NCBI GenBank assembly: GCA_965203905.1 | Contig: CBDBDQ010000005.1 | Location: forward strand, 2,560,001 to 2,624,000 | Direction of reading: 5' to 3' | DNA from: Spirochaetia bacterium | GTDB lineage: Bacteria; Spirochaetota; Spirochaetia; SZUA-6; Bin103 | DNA: 64,000 nt | In this document: in pieces, positions 45,065 through 54,723 of the stretch | Layout: every line of letters starts with the position of its first letter | Position numbering within the stretch: the stretch's first letter is position 1 | The notes under the pieces: model-generated | Database searches by the model: none | What the model was told of the DNA's origin: nothing | Seen by the model: only the letters and a program-made list of their open reading frames with translations | Position numbers and translations under genes: made by a program

Positions 45065-45906
45065 GCACCGGCCGCTCCGGGTTCGTGATCATCGCGATGG
45101 CGCTCGGCTTCGCCTTCCTCTATCTGCCGATCGTCTCGCTCATCGTCTACTCGTTCAACGCCTCCAAGCTGGTTACGGTGTGGGGCGGATGGTCGACCCG
45201 GTGGTACGGCGAGTTGCTGCGCGACGACCAGATTCTGCGCGCGGCGTGGCTGAGCCTGCGCATTGCGGTGGCGACCGCGACCGTCGCCGTAGTGTTGGGC
45301 ACGCTGGCCGGCCTGGTGCTGGCGCGCATGGGGCGCTTTCGCGGGCGGCTCCTGTTCAGCGGCATGACCTCCGCGCCGCTGGTGATGCCGGAAGTGATCA
45401 CCGGCCTCTCCCTGCTGCTGCTGTTCGTGGCGCTGGAGGACGTGATCGGCTGGCCGCGGGGCCGCGGCGTCACTACCATCACCATCGCCCACGTCACCTT
45501 CTCGATGGCCTACGTGGCGGTGGTGATCCAGTCGCAGCTCGCGAACCTCGACCAGGCGCTGGAAGAGGCGGCGCTGGACCTGGGAGCGCGACCGGCCAAG
45601 GTGTTCTGCGTCATCACGCTGCCGCTCATCGCGCCGGCGCTGGTCTCCGGCTGGCTGCTCTCCTTCACCCTGTCGCTGGACGATCTGATCATCGCCAGCT
45701 TCGTCGCCGGTCCAGGTTCCAGCACTCTGCCGATGGTGGTCTTCTCCAAGGTGCGCCTCGGCGTGAGCCCCGAGATCAACGCCCTCGCGACCCTGTTCGT
45801 GCTGGTGGTAGCCGTCGGCGTCGCCGCCGCGGGGATCGTTACGAGCCGCGCGCAGCAACGGCGCGCCCTCCGTGCTCAGGGCGCGCTCGAGCGACCGCCG
45901 GGGTGA
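45061..45906 (+). CDS. potI: Polyamine ABC transporter permease
   Basis: YSFNAS, PLVMPEVITG, EEAALDLGA and FTLSLDD motifs. Confidence 0.9.
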   Translation: MSTGRSGFVIIAMALGFAFLYLPIVSLIVYSFNASKLVTVWGGWSTRWYGELLRDDQILRAAWLSLRIAVATATVAVVLGTLAGLVLARMGRFRGRLLFSGMTSAPLVMPEVITGLSLLLLFVALEDVIGWPRGRGVTTITIAHVTFSMAYVAVVIQSQLANLDQALEEAALDLGARPAKVFCVITLPLIAPALVSGWLLSFTLSLDDLIIASFVAGPGSSTLPMVVFSKVRLGVSPEINALATLFVLVVAVGVAAAGIVTSRAQQRRALRAQGALERPPG

Positions 45907-47159
45907 CGTGCCTCGCCGCACGGCTGCTCCTGGGTGCAGCAGTGAATGCCGCCACCCGCGAAGTTGATCGCGCTCGGGTCGATCTGCACCACGGTGCGCC
46001 CCGGGTAGGCCGCCTCCAGGGTGGCAGCCGCGGCGTCGTCCTTCTCGGCGTTGCCATACCTGGGGGCGATGACAAGCCCGTTGGTCACCAGGTAGTTGGC
46101 GTAGCTGGAAGCCTTCACCACGTGGATTGGCCTGCCATGCGGGAAGGGAGGCACGTCGGCCGGGTAGTCGAGCTCGGCCAGCCACTGGTACATGGGCTCG
46201 GTGGGCTGCAGCGCCAGGTATTCGACTTCCGGCACTGGAAGCTGCACCACCGAGAGTGGGCTGCCGCACTGATCGGTGGCCTGCGCCAGGGTGCGGGCGA
46301 TCGCGGTGCAGCACGCGTAATGCAGTGCCGCCAACGGATCGCGCGCTGCCTCATCCGGGGTCACCTGCGCCAGGACGATCTCACGCGGACCCGCGAATCT
46401 AACCAGTTCGTCCAGGTGACCGCCGGTGGTCTGTGGGCCGTACAGCAGGATCGTGTCGCCGGCGTGGTCCCGATAGGGGAGCGGGCCCCAACTCGAATGC
46501 GCGTCCACGCCCAGGCCACTGTCGAGCCGAATGACGTTGGTGACGCCGAGCGCGGTCCGGTAGCCGTGGTCCAGGGCGGATCGCGCGACGCCGGGATTGC
46601 GCGCGCCCTCTACGGTCCCGGATACCAGCATGGTGCCGTGTCCGTTGACGATTCTGTCTCCCCCTTCACTGACGAAGTCGACTGCCTCCACCCCTTCGAT
46701 GCCCAGATGACCCGCAACCAGGTCCGGTACGCGGGTCATCGCCGCCGACACCGGATCCGACGTGGTGGCGTATCCCCACTGACTCTGTCGGAACCGCGCC
46801 ATCCCCAACCGGTTCGCGGCATTGCGCGTAAAGGTCGGCCCGTAGTCCCGTACCCAGATGTCCACCTGGTCGATGTGCACGAACTTGACGTGGGAGTCGG
46901 CGGCGAATCCATTCGTGGCCAGCCAGCATCGCGCGTCACGCTCTCCCGATCGGTCGGTGCACATGAGTTGCACGTCGATGCCGTGAGCGGCGAGCGCGGC
47001 CATGATCCCGGCAAGCGGCGCTCGGGTGTCGAGCGCGGAATCCGCATACCACTGATCCTTGGGCCATCCCATCCAGATGGCCGCGTGCCGTTCGGTATCC
47101 GCCGGCATGACGAAGTTGTCGCTGCCAGCGGGGTGCGGTTGCGACCGTTTGCCGACCAT
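45876..47159 (-). CDS. aguA: Agmatine deiminase family protein
   Basis: WVRDYGP, EGG, GHLD, SYANY and GGGIHCCTQEQP motifs. Confidence 0.88.
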   Translation of the reverse strand: MVGKRSQPHPAGSDNFVMPADTERHAAIWMGWPKDQWYADSALDTRAPLAGIMAALAAHGIDVQLMCTDRSGERDARCWLATNGFAADSHVKFVHIDQVDIWVRDYGPTFTRNAANRLGMARFRQSQWGYATTSDPVSAAMTRVPDLVAGHLGIEGVEAVDFVSEGGDRIVNGHGTMLVSGTVEGARNPGVARSALDHGYRTALGVTNVIRLDSGLGVDAHSSWGPLPYRDHAGDTILLYGPQTTGGHLDELVRFAGPREIVLAQVTPDEAARDPLAALHYACCTAIARTLAQATDQCGSPLSVVQLPVPEVEYLALQPTEPMYQWLAELDYPADVPPFPHGRPIHVVKASSYANYLVTNGLVIAPRYGNAEKDDAAAATLEAAYPGRTVVQIDPSAINFAGGGIHCCTQEQPCGEARHPGGRSSAP

Positions 47160-47193
47160 GCTCGCAGGGTACCTCGGCGACGCGCTGCCGGAA

Positions 47194-47211
47194 ATGTCTC
47201 CTTGGGGATAC
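47194..47211. promoter_or_regulatory. Palindromic operator copy 3 (ATGTCTCCTTGGGGATAC)
   Basis: Matches copy 1 at 16 of 18 positions; lies 35 bp upstream of the aguA start. Confidence 0.68.
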
Positions 47212-48017
47212 TACCGGCCCGCTGACCGACCGGGGTCGGCAGCCGGCTCATGCCCGATGCCGCGCAGGAAGCGGGCGAACAGCGCCGCCTGCGAGGTAAT
47301 CGCCAGCTTGCGGTAGATGTTCTTGCGGTGGTTCTTGACCGTGCCCACCGCAATGCTGAGCTGTCCGGCGATCGACTTCGACGAGTGCCCCTTCAGGATC
47401 AGGGCGACGACGTCGCGCTCGCGCGCCGACAGTGCCGCGAACCCGCGCTGCCGCAGCGTGTCATCGAGGGTGACCGGGCCGGCGCCGGCAGCGGCGAACT
47501 GCTCGGCATCCCACTGGCGCACCAGCAACGCCTCGATCACCGGCAGCAGCGACTGCAGGCGCTGCACACCGCGGCTGGCGAACGGCGCGGTGCCGGCCGC
47601 GCGCCCAAGCGACGCGAAGATGTGCGACCCCGCCCGGCGCGCCACGAAGATGCCGACCTCGTCCACCAGCCGGGTGTCCGTATAGTAGGTGGAAAAGTAC
47701 TCCGACTTGCGGAAGTGATCGGGCTGGATCTCCTGCAACCTGACGACCGGGCGGTCGAGCCCTCTTACCACGAGGTCGTAGAACGGGTCGAGCAGGTAGG
47801 CTCCGCGCAGATACGCCCCGATCACCGCCTCGCGCCGCTCCGGCCTGATGTCGTCGTACAGAACCACGGGCCGCCGACCCGCCGCCAGCAGCGTGACCAG
47901 GCAGGAGGTGAACGGCAGCAATGCGTCCACGAAGGCGAGAATCGCTGCAGGTCCGGCCGCGGTCCCCGCGGTGCGCGTCGCCCGGGCGAGCAGTTCCACG
48001 GTCGAACGGTCCACCAC
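47211..48017 (-). CDS. LuxR-family transcriptional regulator
   Basis: YLLDPFY sensor segment; LSARERDV...GHSSKSIA..L.I..GTVKNHRKNIYRKL helix-turn-helix. Confidence 0.93.
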   Translation of the reverse strand: MVDRSTVELLARATRTAGTAAGPAAILAFVDALLPFTSCLVTLLAAGRRPVVLYDDIRPERREAVIGAYLRGAYLLDPFYDLVVRGLDRPVVRLQEIQPDHFRKSEYFSTYYTDTRLVDEVGIFVARRAGSHIFASLGRAAGTAPFASRGVQRLQSLLPVIEALLVRQWDAEQFAAAGAGPVTLDDTLRQRGFAALSARERDVVALILKGHSSKSIAGQLSIAVGTVKNHRKNIYRKLAITSQAALFARFLRGIGHEPAADPGRSAGR

Positions 48018-48106
48018 GTGTCACGTTACGCCGGGAGCCGGGCGGCCTGCTACGGGGTGTCCCGTTGCGTGTCCGGTGGACAGCGAGAGCCCCAGCTCGC
48101 TGCAGG

Positions 48107-49090
48107 TCACCGCTCGCCGCTCCTGCTGGCGTCCCGCCGATACACCCAGCGGCTCACCGTGGCCGGGTGCGATTCCGAGGAGGCCAGCCGGGTGGTGCGG
48201 CCCCCTGTTACGACGTGGCATGCCACGGTCGCGTGTCCGCGAATCGCTTCTACTACCCGCGTAGCGGTCGCCGCGTCACTGCACACCAGGTAGCAGGCAC
48301 CGCCGCAACCCGCGCCGCTGAGCTTGCCACCGCGGGCACCGGCGTCGCTGCCGGCCTGCAGCAGACGGTCCTGCTGCGGGTCGGCAAGGCCGAGTCGGCT
48401 GAGCATCCGGTGAGCGGCGTCAGCCAGCGTGCCGAGCGCCGCGGTCGGTATCCGCGGCTGCAGCAGGAGCGCGCGCGCCTCGCGGCTGCAGCGGCCGAGG
48501 CGTTGCAGCGCGTCGCGCGTGGCGCTGTCGCCCGCGCGGAGGCGCTGCGCCACCGCGGCCACCTGGGCTTTGGTGTCGCCGCGTCGCGGCACCGCGGCCA
48601 CGACCAGGTGCAGCTCGGAGGTGGGCAGTGACTCGTAGCGTGGCAGGCCGCCGTCCCCGCCGGGCCAGCTCAGGAAGCCCACGCCCGGATGCGCGGCGAG
48701 GCCGGTGTCGGCGCCGGAGGGTGCCCCGTGGAACACCTTCTCACGCTCGTGCGCACCGCGCCAGATGGCGCCGCCGTCCGCTTGCCCGGCGCTGGCGAGG
48801 GCGCGTTCGGCGGCGACGCAGAGCGCGGCGCTGGACCCGAACCCGAGGCCGATGGGGATGTGCGAGCGGATCTCGATCTGCGCCGCATACCGCGGCTGCG
48901 CGAGCATCGCGGCGAGTGCCGCCGGGAGTGGCGGCAGGTCACGGGAGGCATACTGCCCGGCGTTCAGCGGAGTGATCCGCAACTCGGCCGTCCACGGCAG
49001 ACTGATGCCGAGGGCAGGTTCGCCGTAGACGGCGGCATGCTCTCCGAACAGGAGCAGCTTGCCGCGGGCGCGCCCGATCAGGTCAGCCAT
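48107..49090 (-). CDS. mvk: Mevalonate kinase
   Basis: GKLLLFGEHAAVYG, PIGLGFGSSAA, HGAPSGAD and KLSGAGCGG motifs. Confidence 0.9.
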   Translation of the reverse strand: MADLIGRARGKLLLFGEHAAVYGEPALGISLPWTAELRITPLNAGQYASRDLPPLPAALAAMLAQPRYAAQIEIRSHIPIGLGFGSSAALCVAAERALASAGQADGGAIWRGAHEREKVFHGAPSGADTGLAAHPGVGFLSWPGGDGGLPRYESLPTSELHLVVAAVPRRGDTKAQVAAVAQRLRAGDSATRDALQRLGRCSREARALLLQPRIPTAALGTLADAAHRMLSRLGLADPQQDRLLQAGSDAGARGGKLSGAGCGGACYLVCSDAATATRVVEAIRGHATVACHVVTGGRTTRLASSESHPATVSRWVYRRDASRSGER

Positions 49091-50028
49091 CGCAGCCCAT
49101 CCGGAGCCAACTCCAGCGGCGCGACGTGTGGCGCGGTAGGAGGCTCCAGCCCGGCCGGCGCCGCGGCGATGCCCAGCTCGCCGCCGGCCCCGACCGGCTT
49201 GGCGGCCCATCCGCAGGCGCGCAGCCGCTCCAGGCGGGCGCGTAGCTCGGGCGGTTCCACCGACACCCCGATGCGATCTCCGAGCCAGCGGAGCAACTCG
49301 CCGCCGGTGCGGATGGCGGCGCAACACTGGGCTCCATCGGTGGCGGCGGCGAACTGCTCGACGGCATCGCGGGAGCGCCTGCGGAAGTCGTCGGCGAGCG
49401 CCGGCTCCCGCCGCCGCCACTCGACGTACCGGGCGATGGCGCAGGGTGTTGCCAGGGGTCGGGTTCCCACGACCAGACAGAGTGCCGGCAGCGCCGACGA
49501 GAGGTGCTGGCGTATAGCGGGCCGGTGCCCGCCGATGAAGTGCACGACTCCGCCTCGGACCGAAGCCGCCACGTCGTAGCCGCTGCCACGGCCGCCCTGG
49601 GCGCTGCGGTGTGCAGCCAGCGCCGCCCTGAAGACCTGGCGCCGGCCGGCCTCCAGATTCCCACCGTGCGGAGGATCACGGTGCAGCAACAGCGCCGCCA
49701 CCGCCGCGGCCACGGCCGCACTAGAACCGAGTCCCAGCTTGCCGTGCGGTGCACTGAAGGCGGTGGAGTCGACCTCGATGGCGCCCGCCGGCGTCCCGCA
49801 TTCCCGGACCAGCGCGGCGAGCAGCGGAGAATCGCATCCCGCCGGCGTCCAGGTGAAGCTCCGTGCACCCATGCGCCCCACGATCCGAGGCGGGCGGCCC
49901 TCCGCGAAGGTGGCACGCACCTCCGGCAGCACGGCGAGTGCGATGCCGGGTGCCTCCGGCTCGGTGACGGCGTACTCGCCGAGCAACAGGACATTGGCCG
50001 GCGCAGCCACGGTCACGCGGTCAGTCAA
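49078..50028 (-). CDS. Phosphomevalonate kinase
   Basis: APANVLLLGEYAV, KLGLGSSAA, QGGRGSGYDVAAS and GAGGE motifs. Confidence 0.85.
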   Translation of the reverse strand: MTDRVTVAAPANVLLLGEYAVTEPEAPGIALAVLPEVRATFAEGRPPRIVGRMGARSFTWTPAGCDSPLLAALVRECGTPAGAIEVDSTAFSAPHGKLGLGSSAAVAAAVAALLLHRDPPHGGNLEAGRRQVFRAALAAHRSAQGGRGSGYDVAASVRGGVVHFIGGHRPAIRQHLSSALPALCLVVGTRPLATPCAIARYVEWRRREPALADDFRRRSRDAVEQFAAATDGAQCCAAIRTGGELLRWLGDRIGVSVEPPELRARLERLRACGWAAKPVGAGGELGIAAAPAGLEPPTAPHVAPLELAPDGLRWLT

Positions 50029-50883
50029 TGATGCTGGGTCCGGGACCGGGCGCGGTTTCGATCAGGTCGTGGGTAGACGGGTCTGCCCCGGTCAGCAGAG
50101 CGGCACGGACTCGCTCCACGTCGTTCGCCAAGCACGCGTTCTTGACCTGCGGGCCGGCGTCCATGGTCTCCCAGGCACAGACCCCCGCCGCGCGCAGATC
50201 CTCCAGCACCCGCAGCGACTTCGGAAGCAGATGGTTGATGGGAGGATCGGCGGCGAACATGGAGCCGAACATGCGCAGGTAGCTCACGCGCATGTTCGGG
50301 CCGAGCCGCTGCAGGTCGCGCGTCCGTACCACCTCCAGCGCCGCCTGGAAGGTGGCTTCCGCGGTGGCTACCCACGTCGGGTAGTAGGGGGAGGTGGCGG
50401 CCACGTGCAGCATCGCGTCACGTGACGGTATCGGCTTGGGGCGGCGCGAAGTGACCGCCACCAGCAACCGCAGTTCGGGCCAATGATCTTCCGGGAACGC
50501 ATCACCGGCGCACTCGGCCCCCGCCTCGAGCGTGCTGAAGCCACCCCAAAGGGCACGTGCGGCCGATGCCGATCCGAGCCAGAGCCGTTCGCGAGAGATC
50601 TGCTTGCCGTCCAGCACGGCGCAGCCCAGCGCCAACGCCGCGAACAGCGACGCCGAGCTCGCCAGACCCGCGGCACCGGGAAGCTGTTGCTCGCGTCGGC
50701 GCGGTAGCGGGTGGCGACGCCGAGCGTGGCGCGCGCGGCGTCGAAGAACCGTGTGTACCGGGGTTCCGGCACCACCGTGCCGTCGACGCTCAGGTAGTCG
50801 CGGTCGGCATTCCCCTGCAACCGCACATCGGTGTGCAGACCGTTGACGGTCACGGCCAGAGCTAGCGACGGCGCCGCCCGCAC
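50021..50883 (-). pseudogene. Degenerate diphosphomevalonate decarboxylase copy
   Basis: Homologous to 52604-53569 but lacks the LVKYWGK...SS segment and is split over two frames (ORFs 50368-50883 and 50021-50635), with further small deletions. Confidence 0.85.
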
Positions 50884-50955
50884 CCGTTATCCAACCCTAT
50901 CCTCGCCCGTATACTCGCGTTAGATGGTCGCGCAGGGTGCGGCGTCCCGGCCCTA

Positions 50956-51171
50956 TCACGCTTCCGAGCGTCGTAGATGAACTTTATTGCGATTTCCCTT
51001 GGAGTCTATAATGAGTGCTCTCCGACGTTCATCGGGAGTTGCAAGGCCGTACGCAGATCTCTTCAATCCGCCTTTTCTGAGACGTCGCGAGAGTTCCTGG
51101 CCTTTCTGCAGTTCATCAGTGTCGACTTGCGGATTGTTCTTTACTACTTCTTGAATATCAACTTCCTGCAT
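50956..51171 (-). CDS. Small hypothetical protein in a low-GC island
   Basis: AGGAGG RBS; 71 aa; directly downstream of the SDH-like gene. Confidence 0.65.
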   Translation of the reverse strand: MQEVDIQEVVKNNPQVDTDELQKGQELSRRLRKGGLKRSAYGLATPDERRRALIIDSKGNRNKVHLRRSEA

Positions 51172-51194
51172 GAGTGCCCAGCCTCCTAAATCAG

Positions 51195-51689
51195 TTACCC
51201 AAACGGTCGATAGTTCCCAGCAGTATGAACTACACCTCTATGCCCCATCTTACTCCGATAGTCTTCCAAAAGCGTGTGATAGTCCCTAATTGGATCTATG
51301 GGACCGAGGCGGGAGTAGTAGTCCATGTGGATAGCATCTCCGGACATAACTAATACGGTTCCCGCCGAAAATGCACTATCTGGCACGACAAACTCGACAA
51401 CGTCGTAATGATTCCTCAAGGTATCGACAATGCGCTGTACGACCTCAATGTAACCTCCATTGGTAGTCAAGACAACGACCAGCCGATCAACGCCGTCTTG
51501 TTGCATACGTCTTTGCTCTACCGAGGCGCGCACAATGTCATCGACACCGCCGACAAGCGGGCCACGGAACGATAGTGCGTGACCGGAGAAGTGCTCCTCC
51601 AAAGCGCAAAGCCGCTCATCGAGTTGCTGCTCGATGAAGTCGTTCGCGCTCAAGGGCACCGAGGGATCTGTAATACTAGCCGTCGCCAA
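51195..51689 (-). pseudogene. SDH/DUF114 Clp-fold serine protease, probably internally deleted
   Basis: LTTNGG, AFSAGT..VMSGD.I.M and LGPIDP motifs, then an abrupt jump to a short C-terminal segment; lower GC than the flanks. Confidence 0.65.
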
Positions 51690-51849
51690 GTCGTATGCCT
51701 ACAGCCATCGAGTACGGCATTCTCGCACGTTCGACAGTCACCCGCAACTCGCCGTGCCAACCTCCTGTAGCGAGGCGGACCTCAGATACGGCAGGACTGC
51801 CCGCCAATCAGGGACCACCGCATGACCATGAAGCTGCTCGCTCCGCCAG

Positions 51850-52611
51850 TCACTGAGGATTGGCCCGCTTGCCACGTCGGAGCAGGCGGCGCGCGCAGGC
51901 CACGTCCATCTGGCCCGCTTCGGAGAGCGTGGTGGCGATCGCGGGCACCTCCGCGTCGCGGGCGCCCGCCTCGAACGCCAGACGCTCGGCGTGCAGTCGC
52001 ATGTGGCCATGCTGGATGCCCTCGGTCACCAGTGCCCGCAGCGCCAGTCGGCTCACCGGATGCAGGCCGCGACGCCGCCCACCGTAGCGAGTGGCAGCGG
52101 ACACTCCAGCCGGCAAAGCAGGACGCTGTCGGCGAACCGGTAGCTGGTGAGCGGGGCATAGGCGGCGCCGGAGGCGGCCCAGTCGTGGGGAGGCGGCCTC
52201 GATCGCGCGGGTGTCGTTGCCGGTGGCCTGGGTGAGCGCGGCGATGCCGTTCAGCACGCCCTTCTTGTGGGTGACGGCACGGTCATGGTCCGCGGCCGCG
52301 GCGCTGGAGCCCAGTGCCAGCTTGCCGTGCGGTCCACTGAAGGCGCTGGAGTCGACCTCGATGGTGCCCGACGGTGCCCGGCACTCTCGTAGCAGCGCGG
52401 AGAGCAAGGTGGAGTCGGATCCCGCGGGCGACCAAGTAAAGCTCTGCGCGCCCATACGCCCCACGATTCGCGGCGGACGGTCCGCATCGCAGGTGGCAAG
52501 CACCTCCGGCAGTACCCCGAGCGCAATGCCCGGTGCGTCCGGCTCGGTTACGGCGTATTCCCCGAGCAACAGCACGTTGTCCGGCGCCGCCACGAACCGG
52601 CCGTCAGTCAA
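51850..52611 (-). pseudogene. Chimeric remnant: PMK 5' part fused to a deleted HMG-CoA reductase 3' part
   Basis: 52611 to ~52295 matches PMK up to LGSSAA; ~52295 to 51850 matches HMGR (RAVTHKKG, GNDTRA, GIQHGHMRLHA) with gaps. Confidence 0.85.
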
Positions 52612-53569
52612 CGATGCAGGGTCCGGGACCGGGGGCGGTCTCGATCAGGTCGTGGGTAGCCAGGTCTGCCCCGGTCAGCAGAGCGGCACGGATTCGATCC
52701 ACGTCGTTCGCCAGGCAGGCGATCTTGACCTGCGGTCCGGCATCCATGGTCTCCCAGGCGCCGACCCCCGCCGCACGCAGCTCATCGAGCACTTCCAGCA
52801 CCCGCAGCGACTGTGGCAGCAGGTAGTTGATGGGAGGATCGGCGGCCAACATGGTGCCGAACATGCGCAGGTAGCTGGCTCGCATGTGCGGGCCGAGCCG
52901 CTCCAGGTCGCGGGCCCTTACCGCCTCCAGCGCCGCCTGGAAGGTGGTGGGGGAGGTCGCCACCCACGCCGGGTAGTAGGGGGAGGTGGCGGCGACGTGC
53001 AGCATCGCGTCGCGCGACGGCATCGGCTTGCGGCGGCGCGAAGTGACCGCCACCAGCAACCGCAGCGCCGGCCAATGATCCTCCGGGAATGCGCCACCGG
53101 CGCACTCGGACCCGGCTTCGAGCGTGCTGAAGCCGCCCCACAGGGCGCGCGCGGCCGACGCCGAGCCGACCCGGGCCAGAGCCGAAAGGCGTTCGCGAGA
53201 GAGTTCCCCGCCGGCCAGCGCGGCGCAGCCCAGCGCCAGCGCCGCGAACAGCGACGCCGAGCCGGCCAGGCCCGCGGCACCGGGAAAGTTGTTGCTTGCG
53301 TCGGCCCGGTAGCGGGTGGCGACGCCCAGCGTGGCCCGCGCAGCGTCGAAGAACGGCGCGTGCCGTGCTGCCGGCACCACCGTACCGTCGACACTCAGGC
53401 GGTCGCTGCCGGAACCCTCCTGCAGGCACACCTCGGTGTACAGGCCGGTGACGGTCACCGCCAGGCTGGAAGTAGCCGGCAGGTTGCGCTCGGCGTCGCT
53501 CTTTCCCCAGTACTTCACCAACGCCAGCGACGGCGCCGCCCGCACCAGGACGTTCCGCACGCCACCCAC
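52604..53569 (-). CDS. mvaD: Diphosphomevalonate decarboxylase
   Basis: SLALVKYWGK, NNFPGAAGLAGSAS, GSASAARA and TMDAGPQVK motifs. Confidence 0.92.
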   Translation of the reverse strand: MGGVRNVLVRAAPSLALVKYWGKSDAERNLPATSSLAVTVTGLYTEVCLQEGSGSDRLSVDGTVVPAARHAPFFDAARATLGVATRYRADASNNFPGAAGLAGSASLFAALALGCAALAGGELSRERLSALARVGSASAARALWGGFSTLEAGSECAGGAFPEDHWPALRLLVAVTSRRRKPMPSRDAMLHVAATSPYYPAWVATSPTTFQAALEAVRARDLERLGPHMRASYLRMFGTMLAADPPINYLLPQSLRVLEVLDELRAAGVGAWETMDAGPQVKIACLANDVDRIRAALLTGADLATHDLIETAPGPGPCIVD

Positions 53570-53718
53570 CGCTAAGCGCAGCCGCCAAGCGCGGATCTCT
53601 TGCTGGAATCCAACATGCGCGGCGTCATTCTGCCACTACTGAATTGCGCAATTCAAACGCAAGTTCAGGCGTCATCGCTTGCAGAGCGTCGTTGGTTCGG
53701 CAGGTTGCAGTATCATTA

Positions 53719-53796
53719 CACTTCGAGAGTGCGGCCAAGCGATTCGGGATACCCGTGCTCTCGCCCCAGCAGGCCCTGAGGAGGATATCCGATTGA
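53719..53796 (+). pseudogene. C-terminal remnant of a PIN-domain toxin
   Basis: HFESAAKRFGIPVLSPQQALRRISD*, with the stop overlapping the antitoxin start (TTGA). Confidence 0.55.
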
Positions 53797-54044
53797 AGAA
53801 GCAGATCAGTACCTTCCCGCTACGGCTGCCCGCATCGCTCAAGGCGACCGTCGCCGCAATCAGTCGCGAGGAAGGAACGAGCATCAACCAGTTCGTGGCG
53901 ATGGCGGTCGCCGAAAAGGTTTCGGCCATGAAGACGGCGGATTTCTTTGCCCAGCGTCGCGGCGACGCCGATATCGAAGCGGCGCGACGCCTGCTTCGAC
54001 GTACCGGAGGATCACCTCCGAGCCCCGAAGACCGTAAGCCGTAG
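53793..54044 (+). CDS. HicB-family ribbon-helix-helix antitoxin
   Basis: FPLRLPASLK....ISREEGTSINQFVAMAVAEKVSAM; GAGGAGG RBS before a TTG start. Confidence 0.85.
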   Translation: MKKQISTFPLRLPASLKATVAAISREEGTSINQFVAMAVAEKVSAMKTADFFAQRRGDADIEAARRLLRRTGGSPPSPEDRKP

Positions 54045-54048
54045 CGCC

Positions 54049-54720
54049 TCAGGCCGGCTGCGTGGCGCGCCGGCGTCGAATGCCAGACGCTCGGCGTGCA
54101 GGCGCATGTGGCCGTGCTGGACGCCCTGGTCACCAGTGCCCGCAGCGCCGCCAGGTTCTGCGCCAGCCTGACTGCGGCGCGCAATGGCTGCCAGCCTGCG
54201 GCTGTCCGGGTTGCCGAGCATGCGCAGTGCCAACCGGCTCACCGGGTGCAGGCCGACGGCGGCCCAGCCGTGGGCGGCCGCCTCCACAGCGCGGGTGTCG
54301 TTGCCGGTAGCCTGGGTGAGCGCGGCGATGCCGTTCAGCACGCCCTTGTTGTGGGTGACGGCGCGGTCATGGTCGGCGGCCGCGATCGCGGCAGCACGCA
54401 CGATGCGCTGGGCCACTTCGGCGCCGGAGTGGCCACCGCGCGCCAGGCGGCCGCAGCCAGCGGAGCAACTCGCCGCGGCGCGGATTGCGACGCAGCACCC
54501 GGTTGCATCGCTCGCGGCAACGAACTGCTCCACCGTGTCTCGCGAGCGCCTCCGGAAGTCGGCGGCCAGCACCGTTGCGCGCCGGCACCACTGTTCGTAC
54601 CGGGCGACGGCGCCCGGCGTCGCCAGGGGCCTGGTGATGGTGCCCGACGGTGCCCCGCACTCTCGTACCAGCGCGGAGAGCAAGGCGGAGGCGGATCCCT
54701 GCGGGCGACCAAGTAAAGCT
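54049..54720 (-). pseudogene. Second chimeric remnant: PMK fragments fused to an HMGR 3' part
   Basis: 54720 to ~54456 matches PMK segments; ~54456 to 54049 matches HMGR 56190-55590 with deletions. Confidence 0.85.
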
Positions 54721-54723
54721 CAT

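Noticed and set aside
50021-50883. Programmed frameshift in the second MVD copy
   Set aside because: The copy also lacks the KYWGK segment, and an intact gene lies nearby; simple decay explains it.
51850-52611. Functional PMK-HMGR fusion enzyme
   Set aside because: Both parts lack most catalytic elements, and part of the ORF reads out of frame.
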